In this document: positions 51,621-63,266 of the stretch, in pieces | How positions within the stretch are numbered: the stretch's first letter is position 1 | Layout: the number at the start of each line of letters is the position of its first letter | Assembly: GCA_013265495.1 (NCBI GenBank) | Contig: MU058065.1 | Span: forward strand, 4,381,003 to 4,445,002 | Source of the DNA: Vicugna vicugna | Taxonomy: Eukaryota | DNA length: 64,000 nucleotides | Reading direction: 5' to 3' | Notes under the pieces: model-generated | The model's input: the letters and a program-made list of their open reading frames with translations, nothing else | Told to the model about the DNA's origin: nothing | The model's database searches: none | Translations under genes and position numbers: made by a program

Positions 51621-54483
51621 AAAATAGGAAGCCCTTTCAGGTTAATGTATTTGATGGAGGAGGGGGTGCGGGAATTGCTTTTTTTCCAACGTGAGGGTGA
51701 AGACTTGTGCTGAACTCTAATTCACAAACGCCCTGGGCAGCACACGGACACATTTTTCTGGACAGATGGCTGATACATTCCGTGCTGCACATGCACAGCT
51801 TTCTGTGGGGTTGCTTTAGCATGAAGAGCCTCTCTCAGGAATCTTTATGGGGCTAAACTACGCTAGGTGAGCCTCCACAAACAGGGAGCTGGAGGCTTGA
51901 ACCTAATGTAAACAGTTGCGCGGACGTTCAGAACACTGAGTGTAAATACCATCTTGAATGCCACCAAATGTCAATACCAATGCTTGATGGTATTACATAA
52001 ATTCAGCTTTAATTGAGCAAAGTGAAATCCAACCAAATGGACCTGTTTATAGTCTCAAATACCGAAATAAAGCCTAAATCTTGGAGCTTTTATGTCTAGT
52101 GTCTGAGATGTCTCCGTATATGACACATCCCACACACACCCTTACCCCCCCACAAATATATGTATATTTCCTCTGCTTGACAATTCTTATCTACTTGAGA
52201 ACAAAGTCTAAAGTAAACGGCCATCCTTAGGTACCAGCTGTTCCAAGCGTTAGTCTGTGGAAGAGAGGAAGGGTGATTTATGCAGGGGGAGAAACTGTCT
52301 ACATTCTGTGGCACATATGTCCCTGCTCTATTAAAAATCAGTAACTAAATCCATCTATACCAACCTTAAAAAAATAACATGGGTTCATAGGACGTTCAGT
52401 TTCTGGGTGCTAACACCTCTGACTTCAAAACAGATAATCTGGGAGATTTAAGCAGACTGCTGAAAAGGACTAGACAGAAGGTGTTTTTTTCTGGACGCCG
52501 TCACTTTTGTAACGTGCTAGAACTGGGCTGAACAACAGTTTTCAGGCACAAAATCAAATCTGCCAAGTGCCTGTTTTCTATCTACGTGCCTGATATTAAA
52601 TGAAATGCATATATATGTAAAATAGGAAAAACGTGAAAGAACATCGCAGTTGGTGAACAAAATAGATTTTTGTTTTAAAAAAGAAATGTTTGGGAGATAA
52701 GAGGCTGCTGTCTTATTTAAAAAAAATGCAAGAGAAATTGTCATTTCTCTCCCACAAAAACCAAATCTACTTATTAAAACTTTGATTTTCAAAGAAAACG
52801 TCTGCTTGCCTACAGCTGAAATTTCTGATTTGCCACTTAGGTTCTTTTCCCCTTGTTCTGTAATTGGCCGAGGTCGAAGAATAGCTGTTTATGGTCTTCC
52901 TTATAAGAGATAGCACACAAATGTGGATTTATTATCATGCCGCACTTAACTGCCTCTTCTGCCGGCTAAATAGCCCTGTTCTACGAACCTTTTCTGAAGT
53001 GTAGATCACTTTTCAACTGTTTAATAGCCGTCTTTGTTGCTTTCCTCTGAAGGATTTCCAAATTATTCCAACCCCTCTTCAGTTTCCATCATCAGCAGTA
53101 TTCATTATGCCCGTACACTAAGCCTTCTGCTGGGCGCTGAGCCAGATTTGATTGAAAATGTCTTCTACCTGCCCCCAAGCTTTAGGGCCACGTTAGAGAA
53201 AACACAAACGAGATCAATATATTTAATAACACAGGGACCATGCACGGCCTCTGATTTAGGAGGAAAGGAAGGTATAGGCATCGCCTCGGTCTTTTTAGCT
53301 TATTTCACTTCCATTGATAGCTTTGGTCGTCCATAAAGACCCTTTTGATAGTCTTTAATTTGGAGAGTTGCCACTGATTTTTTAAATTCAATCTGTGGGG
53401 ATATTTGAAATCCACTCAGCTTGGGAGAGAAGACTCTGAATCAACATCGGGGCTAAACTGTCCAAGAGGGAGAGACTGGGAGACCACGAGACCAAAGGAG
53501 GCGGCAGTGGATACACGTGCGGCTCTAACCAGAGCAACAGTGTATAATACGGGGCCATGTACAGATCGGGAGGGCGACCCCCAAACCAGAAGATCCAGGG
53601 ATTCGGAAAGGTTATATACAAACCAGCTAACCACCAGCCCCACTGATAACAACAAAAACCAAAATAGAGGTAAGTGTGGTATCAGCCAGACAGAACAGCA
53701 GCAGGGCAGCTGTTGAGCAAGGGCCCTCGGCTCTCCCAGGTTTCCTTTTCACTGATGGTTCCAACCCTCTAGTGAGGTCAGTGTGTGGGCTGAGTCGGGC
53801 TTTGCACCTGCATTATGAGAAGGTAAAGAAAGAACCCTGAGGGGAAGGCATCTGAGTTCAGAGTTGTGAAAACCCCATTTCAAATCATAAACACTGGTTA
53901 TTAAAGGGATTGTCTCGTTGACTTCCTCCCACCCTCCCCCACCCCCGCTCCCTGGTGACTACTAGGAAGTTCAACCCACATTTGCGGATCGATGGTCACA
54001 ATTCTGCACATTCTTTTCTTCTCACTTGCCTTTACTTTCTACTCATTTGTACATTTTCCCTAGTTCTGGTTTTGCATCCTTATTTATATGTCTTTATACT
54101 TTACAGTAAGAATTCTTGTACCTGCGGACTTCAGAAAATAAGGCATGGCATAAATAAATAAACCTTTGCATCCATAATCTAAAAGTGTTGAATGGGTTGT
54201 AAAGCTTGCTGGTTTATTTGTGTGTTCTCCCTGTTGTTATGTTTATTTCCCAAGATCTGTCTGGTTGGGCAAGACTCCCAATCTACATTGGAATTGTTTA
54301 CCTGAAATGTTCTTGCTTCCTGGGAGACATTCAGTAGACCTTGTTTCCTTCTATGAAAATGCTTCTGTAGTAGAGTTAGCACCTCTTCGAATGGGCAGGA
54401 ATCACACTTGTGCTTCTGATCATATGTCTGTCATGTGCCTTCTCAAGGATCTCTGGTAACCTTAAGGAACAGAAGTAATTTTA

Positions 54484-54809
54484 CTATTTTTTTAAAGTTT
54501 TATTTTATTGAGTTATAGTCAGTTTATAATGTTGTGTCAATTTCCAGTGTAAAGCAGAATTTTTCAGTAATACATGAACATACATGTATTCATTGTCACA
54601 TTCTGTTTCACTGTGAGCTACCACTAGATCTTGTATACATTTCCCTGTGCTATACAGTATAATCTTGTTTATTCTATATATACCTGTCAGTATCTACAAA
54701 TTTCAAACTTCCAGTCTGTCCCTTCCCACCCGTCTTCCCCCTGGCAACCACAAGTTTGTATTCTATGTCTGTGAGTCTGCTTCTGTTTTGTATTTATGTT
54801 CATTTGTCA
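54484..54809 (-). mobile_element. Young 5'-truncated L1 with perfect 17-bp TSD
   Basis: TSD gaacagaagtaatttta at 54467-54483 and 54810-54826; antisense L1 3'UTR between them. Confidence 0.92.
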
Positions 54810-55229
54810 GAACAGAAGTAATTTTAAACTCAGGCCCCTAAACTGAGAGCTCCGATGACACGTGGTGAGAGCTGCTCTTCGTCATCATCGTGAGTTCTAA
54901 TGGGCAGCTTTGTTCTGCTGCGCTGCTAATTCGCAGTAGGATATACCATTGAACAGGCATCCCTTTGTTGATGCAGTGAAAACAGTTTTCAAGTCTTTGA
55001 GTCCCTAAATTTTATTTTCCCATGTTGGGTGAAAAATAGTCACAAAGAAACACAGTTTGAGTCTTGTGCTGCCCCACCACTCAGCATTGCATGTCATCTT
55101 TTTTTTTCCTTTTCCTTTCACTTGATGTGACTCTTCCCAGAACAGGCATTCTTTTTGAGAATAATGAACGAAATTAGAGATGCCATGAGATAGCTTCTTA
55201 GAGAAGTATCTTCATTCTTGGGTTGAGAG

Positions 55230-55375
55230 TTCAGGGTTTGGAGCTGGAAGTTCTGGGTTCCAGTCCTGGCTGCCAACGTTCTTTACTTTGTGATCTTGCA
55301 CATGACAGTGACATTCTCTGAGCTAGATTTTCCTCAGCTGTAAAATGGGGAGAATAATTCCCTTATGACCTTGGG
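55230..55375 (+). mobile_element. MIR
   Basis: 'ttctgggttccagtcctggctgcc ... tttcctcagctgtaaaatggggagaata'. Confidence 0.75.
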
Positions 55376-56350
55376 GTGGGGGAAGTTCAGATAATTTATA
55401 TGTGTGTCAAAGATTCAGTTCTCCATCAATCTAAGCTGTGGACTCTCCTGTCCTTATCCTCAACCTTGGAAGACATCCTGTTCATTATACCCATCCCCGT
55501 CTCACTCCCAGACATCTTATTGTTTGTCTTCATTTGGTTTTTCAGCCAAATCAGATTCTATTATCTCTGACAACAAGACTCGCTTGCAAATATCTAACTA
55601 ACTTGCCTTTTTCTCTCTCCTGCTGGTGTTCATGGAAAAGCCCAGATTCCGGTTAAAAAAAGACTCTTACATACTTTATGCTTCTATCTGAATCCAATGT
55701 TCCCAGAGAGAAATACACACCCTTGCTGACTATTTTTACTTTAAATTTTTGGTTATAAATCTCAGATGGGCATCCACCTGTTCCTACTCTCCCTACTAAC
55801 AGTCTTCCCTCATATTCCTTTGAGAGGAGAGAAGCATCAGACCTCTTGTCTGTCCACCGTCAACATTATCATCCTCCTCGCATCTGTATTTTGTACACAG
55901 TACCAAGATTTATGAATATTAATTATTATTGTGGCTCCATAATTCTTGGTTGGAGATATCCAATGCGTTTGGAATATTTTGGGGGAAAATAAACCTTCTC
56001 AAATCTGACCTCTATTAAATTCTTGGACAGAATAGGGACTATATTAAATATAGTACACTATTGTGAAATGTAGCATATTAAAAAGTGTGCTGTGAACATG
56101 TCAGGCATGAAAAGAACTGCTTAAGTCAAGATAACAAGAAATTTGGTTATTTTATCATTGATTTTTTTAAAAAGATACTTATATTCGATAGGATAAAGAG
56201 CGTTCAAATTTAAGCATTACTTCCTGGGTTCAAATGCTGAGTATTGATGATATATAATTCCTGATGTTTTATTACACCTTGTGTTTAAGAAACCCACAAT
56301 GACCTGTGATTGTGATGCTAAAAACTCAGATTCCAAATAATTTTTTAAAA

Positions 56351-56476
56351 TTTATTTTATTTTTTGCAGGAGGAGGTAATTCAGTTTATTTTATTTATTT
56401 AATGGCAGTGCTGGGGATTGAACCCAAGACCTTGTGCATGCTGAACAAGCACTCTACCACTGAGCTGTACCCTCCG
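56351..56476 (-). mobile_element. tRNA-derived SINE, camelid Vic-type
   Basis: Minus strand ggagggtacagctcagtggtagagtgcttgttcagcatgcacaaggtcttgggttcaatccccagcactgccattaaataaa with A and B boxes, AT-rich tail, and about 18-bp TSD ccaaataattttttaaaa / ccaaatacatttttaaaa. Confidence 0.88.
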
Positions 56477-57214
56477 CCAAATACATTTTTAAAAGGTCCC
56501 TCCTCCTTGCACCTTGTCACTGACAAATTGATAAAAACCCTATTTGCTCATCGAGGTTAAACCAGGCAGCCAAGAGGGCATCCTTGACCACTTGTTAAAC
56601 TTCCTCTAAGACGGGGCCCTTCATAAGCTACTTCTTTGGGAAGCAGCAAAAAAGACAAATTAGCAGATTGAAAAATAAGACTATATTTTCACAATTGGTC
56701 ATAATCTCTTTGATCTTGTTATGAACAAGACTTGTCAGATTTCTTTTTCTCCTTTAAGTTATGACTCAATAATGATCCTAGTCTTCACGATGCTACTGTT
56801 ACTAGATGTGCTGAAAAGCCAGCCTTCAGCTTCTGTTCTGCAGTGTCCTGTCTGTTTACCATCTGTATTCCCAAGCCTGTTAGAAATGACAGTATAACAT
56901 CTGAGCACAAAGGCTGGTCAATATAGGTAATGTCTTGGGAATTGAGCTTTTACAAAATAAATGAAATAAGTCATGTCATCAGTGTGTCTGCTAATATACA
57001 GCAAAGTAGGATTGAAAACAAAATTTTAATCTTTCTCTTTAGTTTGTTCCACAACATTTTCCCAGATACTTCCTTTAATACATTGATCCTAGGAGATGCC
57101 ATATTAGAGGAAAAAAAAGTTTCCAAGGTCAAAAAAAAAAAACAAACAAACTGGGAAATACTTTACTTAATCTTTCTAAGAAATTCAAAATACAGAGTCC
57201 TGGAAAAACTCTGC

Positions 57215-57345
57215 TGGTGACCTTGAGCAATCTACTTAACCTCTCTGGTTCTGCTTGTCTATAAAATGAGAATAATGATAGCAATACTGAGGATTAAAAG
57301 AGTTAATATATGTAAAACGCTTAGACGAGTGCCTGGCACATAAAA
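57215..57345 (+). mobile_element. MIR
   Basis: 'gtgaccttgagcaatctacttaacctctctg ... gagttaatatatgtaaaacgcttagacgagtgcctggcacata'. Confidence 0.85.
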
Positions 57346-57512
57346 CAAGTATTATGATCAATCTAGGATTTTCCAAACCTTTGAGCAGAGAACCCATTAA
57401 TACCCCATAAAAGAAACTTGGAAAAGCCTCTCATATGATATTAAATGTTGCACTAGCTGTCGTTCTGCATGTCACCTCTCACCTCTTGGCCATGCTTTGC
57501 TTAGATGGTTGA

Positions 57513-58626
57513 TGTTATAAATTGAATGCTTGTGTCCTCTGGAATTCATATGTCAAAATCCTAACTCTCAAGGTGATGATAGAGAAGATGAGGCTTTCGA
57601 GAGGTTGAAACCAAGTCTCCCCCTAAAACCAAGTTCCCCTGCTGAGTTGTGATTAATCTCTCTATCCAAAACTTGATTCTCTTTCTTCTCCTGCCCCTAT
57701 TCCCTTCAGGACTGAGGAGTATCAAAGAAAAGGGAGAATTGAAACTGAACAGAACCCTGTGGGGGCCTTCCTGGGTGCAAAAGACCTTAGTGTCCCCCAT
57801 CACTTGTGTAGAAAAATACTTTACTCTCCTAGGTCGTCCCTGAGTTCTGAAGAGCAGATTCAGGCAGTTACTAGAGAAATGATGGAATTCAGAAACAGAG
57901 GAAAAACAGTTACACAAGGTAGCTTGAACAATAGTTCAGGAATAAAAATGAGTGCTAGTTCTGCCTCAAGGGATGTACAAAGCAATCTGATGTGTATCTT
58001 TGAGTTGTTCTGCAGAAATTAAGACCTTCCCCAGGTGGAGAATGGTGACTCCATGCCCACCACAAGCAGGTAGATCCAAGACTGGTTGGAAACAGAGACT
58101 AATGGTTAAGATTCTCAACCAAAGAATGGTCACCTCACCACTAACCAAGCAGAAGAAAATCATGTACCCCACAAACCTCACCTCAAATGTTGCCTTTAGA
58201 CACCCTTCCCTGAAAGCCACTGGGGAGTTCAACTCTTTTGAGTGTGAGCTGCCTATTCTCCTCGCTTGGCTTCCTGCAGTAAACACTGTACTCTCCTTCA
58301 CTACAACCTGGGAGAGTAGATTGGCTTTGCTGCATGGCTGGTAGGTGGACCCAAGCTGGGTTCAGTAACAAGGTCATGGATCCCTTATGAATGGAAGTAG
58401 TGCCCTCATAAAAGAGACCTCAGAGAGTTCTCTTTCCTCCTCTTTCATGTGAGGACACAGTAAGAAGACAGCCATCCACAAATCAGGAAGTGGGCTCTCA
58501 CCAGACATCAAATCTGTAACATCTTGATCTTGGACTTCCAAGCCTCCAGAACTGTAAGAAAATAAATTTCAGTTATTTATAAGCCACGCAATATGGTATT
58601 TTGTTACAGCAGCCCAAACTAAGAGA
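57513..58626 (+). mobile_element. MLT1A/B-like MaLR solo LTR split by an ERV insert (halves 57513-57605 and 58371-58626)
   Basis: 'tgttataaattgaatgcttgtgtcc ... gtgaggacacag ... tcttggacttccaagcctccagaactgtaagaaaataaa ... ctaagaga'; TSD gttga / gttgg. Confidence 0.88.
57606..58370 (+). mobile_element. ERV1-type remnant: 134-bp internal stub, polypurine tract and complete 631-bp LTR (57740-58370)
   Basis: PPT aaagaaaagggagaa (57724-57738) directly before TGAAACTGAAC; LTR ends GTTCAGTAACA (imperfect terminal inverted repeat); AGTAAA poly(A)-type signal near 58278. Confidence 0.85.
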
Positions 58627-60391
58627 GTTGGCTTGTTCCTGTGCATGGGTGGATAGACCCCTATTCCCCCCCCCTTAGTATTAAAACTCTCCTATTGGTT
58701 AGTACTTTATAAACAAATGTTATCTCATTACATTCCCTAAGTGGAATTCAATTATCAATTAGGTATTTGAGACTGAATGACAGAGCTGGGATCTGAACCC
58801 TAAATGAACCAGGAACATAACTTTTCCACCATCATTCAGGTGGGATTACTACTCAGATCTGTGAGTCTAGAGTGTCTTGGAGTGGGGCTTACATCTTAAT
58901 ATTTTAATTCTTTTCTCTTAGCTTCTGTAGCTTCTCCATGGCTTTTGAGATGCAGACTTTGCCTCAATACACATGAATATTGATGGAATTGACCACTTTG
59001 TTGGTTACGTAAAGCCACCCTTAAGACTATAGCTTTGGGCTTTCCTTTAGTACTTATATTTTGAATGATCTGAACAAATTTATATTAATAATGTATGAGA
59101 TTTGCTTGTTCACCCTGTTTGATTTGTTGTAAGACATGTAAGTTTTTGGGGAATCCCAAAAAACAAAGGATTTGGTAAGGTGATCCTAGAGACTGGCTGG
59201 GAACTCTGGGAATCTTTGGCTTTCTGTTTGCTAACTTGAAGAGGAGTAACAATTTCCCAGGACCCAAATCTGTGTTTCAGTTTACCGCACTTTGCCTTGT
59301 GTATCTGATGAGATAGATCCACAGCTTGGTAATGTCTCCTATCAATGTTTTCCTCATTTCAAACATGGAGGTTTTATTAGTGGTTCTTATAATGTGAGGG
59401 AAAGAAATTTAGTTAAAATCTCCTTTCTATTTGAAGATTTTTCTTTTGTCTTGTTTTATTTAGATTTCTTTTTACTGAATTAGTCTTCGAAGCATGTTGT
59501 TTTATTCCCCAGTAATCTAAGAATGACCCTCCCTTTCTTTCCTCCCTTTTGAAGTTTTTGGAGTCATCAAGAACATTTCCTTTCTTCTTTACCTCCGCCA
59601 TCTATGATAATAATGGCTTTCATCATTGGTCATTTACAGAGACCTTTGTGAACATACTTTTTGAGTCATAAATAGAGGGAATACTAGGGGATATTTGCAT
59701 TCCACTTTAGGCTAAAAATCTAGGAGCAAATAGAGCTTGAAATATGTTCTGTGGCACTGTTCTGAGGCTGTGCAATATGCCTCTTAAATTACAATTTCAG
59801 TTTTGCAAGGGCACAGCAGAAAATCAGAGGAATGAATGGGACCACCCAGCTGGTTCATTTGTAACACCTGAAAGAGCGATGAATTTCTTTTTGAGTTTCA
59901 CCCAGACTTCTGAATTTGATTGATGACATTCAAAATGCAGGAACAGTACTGGTGGTAAATAGCCTGAGATCAAATGAAATAATGGGTATGAAAATGCTTG
60001 TAAATGAAGACGACTATGCATATATAAGGTATTATCATGAGCCAACTACCGCTGGAGAAAACACTGAAAGATGCTGAGAACATGGCCTGTGCGTTCTTTC
60101 AGTTACAGGTCTGAGCCTTCTATCTTAGTCTCTGGAAGTGAATATCTGAGAAGCGCTAGGTTGGACTCAATCAAGACAGAGTATTTGTCTCATTCCATTC
60201 TCCATGAATTTTGCCACATTAGTGTGTAGTTTGCTCTTCATCTCGATTTGGGAAGGTTCATAGAACATGAGGAGCCTTTTAGATTTTTATGTTTTTGATG
60301 CTCTAAAACTTACTACAATGAGATTTATGTTGCATTTAATGCATAGGTAGAATTTCACTTTATCCAAGCACTTCTCAATTGCCTTATCTGC

Positions 60392-61128
60392 TGTGAGATT
60401 CTCAAATCCTGCATCACCAAGTGGGTGTCCTGCAAATCAATTCAATTCTGACACTATCTACCTGGAGTGAGCATCAGACCCCACAAATGGAAGGTCTCTG
60501 TCCCGTGAGACTGCTCTTGCCTTGATTCCAGTCGCAGATCCCAGACCACCTGTATTTCTGACTAACTGGCTATGAATTAGAGGTTCCCACCACCCATCCC
60601 CAGGCTTGAAAATTTGCTAGAATGGGATAAATAACACAGGGAAATACACTACTGACATTTATTTACTGGTTTGCTATAAAGATTCAACTGAGAAACAACC
60701 AAATGGAAGAAATGCTCAGGGCAAGACATGAGTGGGGTATGGCATGGAGTTTCTCTGCCCTCTCCAGGTGGGCCACCCTCCCAGCACCTCCGTGTGTTCA
60801 TCAAACTGAAGGTTCTCTGAATCTTATTGTTCAATAGTCTTTCAATAGTTTTTAATAATTCAGTCTCTAGCCCCACTCCCTTCCCCAGAGGTGGGTGGGT
60901 GAGACTGAAACTTCCAACTCTCTAATCATTTGCTCTTTCTGGTTCCCAGCCCCGTTCGAGGCTATCTGGATTCCTGCCCTAAGTTGTCCTATTGGAATAC
61001 ACTCAGGTGTAATCAAAAGGGGCCTTGCTATGAATAACAAAAACCATTCCTAACACTCAGGAAATTCCAAGGATTTTAGGAGCTGTGTCAGGAACTGGGA
61101 ACAAAGAACAAATATTTCTTACACCACA
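60392..61128 (-). mobile_element. MER21-like solo LTR
   Basis: TG...CA ends; 'caattcaattctgacactatctacctggag', 'tcaggaaattccaaggattttaggagc'; 5-bp TSD tctgc / cctgc. Confidence 0.85.
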
Positions 61129-61208
61129 CCTGCTTTTTTAATAGACTTTTTTTTTTTTGGAGCAGTCTTGTGTTCACAGCATAACTGGACAGAAAGGACA
61201 GCATTCCA

Positions 61209-61985
61209 CATAGGAAAGCAGGCTCAAGCAGATGATTTGGACAAGCCTGCAGGTATTGGGGGATGGCAATGACTCTGACCACCTAGCTCAACGATCGACG
61301 GAGATTACGCCCCCATTTCCCTTTAAAACTTTCATGACTGAGCGGAATCTTCAGAGGTGGTACTTTTGGTGGGATGCTGAGTCCACCAGATTGCAGGCAT
61401 TCTGATGAAAAGCAACCTTCCTTTTTGTTACCAAGGCTGTTGCCCCCAGGATCATACCCCTGCCCATCCCTTGACATGGAAGCCAATTACTCTTGTCTAA
61501 GTCTCAGGAGGCAGTTGCGATGAGAAGAAACAAGAACTGGCTAGGACCAATGGATCCCAAGATGGCGAAGAATTTGACTTTCAGTGGACCTTGAGCCTCA
61601 TTATACACTCATTGTAATGTATTAGCTACTAAATGACACACCTCCAATCTCCGGGACAGTTGACGATTGCCATGACAACAGCAGAGAAGCCCATACCAGG
61701 ACTGAAAAGCCGGTACAGGGACTGATGGTCTCCATCACATCGGAAGGAGACACCATGGCAGAGGCCTCTCATAAAAGTCTACGTGGCCCGAGCCCCATCC
61801 GGACCTGCCTCTACCAGCCATCTTGGCTAATAGCTCCCCACTGGAGTGCTTCCTTTCCTTTCCCCTTTCTGAGCGGCTCTTCACTTTGTCCCTCTGCCTC
61901 TGCTGCACGAATGCTTTCACAGCCAGAGGCAAGGGGCCCAAGTTGGTGGGCTCTCTAATTAAAGGGGTCTGTCTATCTGGAACAT
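61209..61985 (+). mobile_element. ERV1 LTR sequence, probably composite; 61426-61985 is MER41-like
   Basis: 'cattgtaatgtattagctactaaatgacacac ... acagttgacgattgccatgacaac' resembles MER41-family LTRs; ATTAAA near 61958; ends ggaaca. Confidence 0.65.
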
Positions 61986-62172
61986 TCCCTTGTACTCCCT
62001 ATGCCTCACACACATGCAGCCTCCCTGCTAACAATGACCCCTCCATCCCCAGAGAGGTACATTTGTTGCTATTGATGGACCTACATTAACATATGATTAT
62101 CACCCAAATCCATATTGGGGTTCACTTTTGGTGTCGTACAGTCTATGGATTTTGACAAATGTACAACAGCAC

Positions 62173-63266
62173 TGAAGGGATTTCGAGTATGCCACCCCCA
62201 AATATGCTTCTCTGGCACAAGGATTATTTTAAGCTGAAGGCAACTGAGAAAAAGCAGACCCAGGACCAACTCTCTGCCCTCCCCCTCCCTGCCAGGACGG
62301 CCAGGAGATTCTTAATCACCAGAGACAATTCTAGACTCTTCTCAGCCTAGAGATGACATCAGAGGAATCTACATAACACATCTTACTAACTAGCCTTTAT
62401 CTTCCATTAATTTCCACATTTATTTACCTTCCTACAGTCTACTGTCCTTTGAAGCCTAAAAATCTTTTCCTTTGTTTTGTCACTTCTCTACAAATGTATT
62501 GTTGTTTGTTTGGAAGCTATGTGAACCCCAAGTTCTGAGCATCCCTTTGAGTTACTTATGACCGACTTCTCCTGTTTTTACCAAGTGCAAACTCATTCTA
62601 CTCACTGCATGACAGGTCAATAAATTGGTAGACAAGGTGTTGGGGCAAGGAATAATGGCTTTATTCAGAAAGCATGCAGACTGAGAAGATGGGGACCAAT
62701 GTCCTAGAGAACCATCTTCCCTAAGTCAGAATTCAGACTCCTTTTAATATTAAAAAGGGGAGATGGGTGTGGTTGATTGTTGCAAACTTCTTGGTGTCAG
62801 AGTCCTTTGTTCTTGCAACTGTCCATGTAAATCAGGTCAGGATATTCCTGCAAACCTCGAACAAGACAAATGTTATTCTCTGTTCTGCAACTTTTTATCT
62901 CTAAATGAATGGAAAAGTATCATACCTTTAAAGGTCAGAGCCTTGAGCTGAGCTCTCCTGTATATTTCAGGCTATCCGCAACATTCTTTTACAAAAGGTG
63001 CAGGACCAGCATGACTGAGCCCAGGAGACAGGGCGCAGGGTTAGAGCTAAAGAAATAAATCTCATATGGAGTAGGATTTGTTCTTCTCTGTTACACTGTG
63101 TGTATGCATGATGCATGCATTCATAAGCTTCTGTTTGTTTTGTTTTGTTTTATTTTCCTGTTAAATTTTATTTTGTCAGTTTAATTTGCAGGGTCCCAGT
63201 TAGGAACCTAGCAGTATAAAGAAGAGAAAAAAAATAACCTTACAACCTTTTTTTCCTTCCTATACA
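62173..63266 (+). mobile_element. MER34-like LTR split by a younger LTR
   Basis: Starts 'tgaagggatttcgagtatgccacccccaaatatgc..ggattattttaagctgaaggc'; ends 'tttttccttcctataca'. Confidence 0.8.
62576..63095 (-). mobile_element. Solo ERV1 LTR (520 bp), antisense, nested
   Basis: Minus strand starts TGTAACAGAGAAGAAC; minus-strand AATAAA near 62660; 4-bp TSD ctgt at 62572-62575 and 63096-63099. Confidence 0.85.

Noticed and set aside
54911..54943. 12-bp stem-loop with G-U pairs
   Set aside because: Too short for a pre-miRNA and no known mature miRNA recognised
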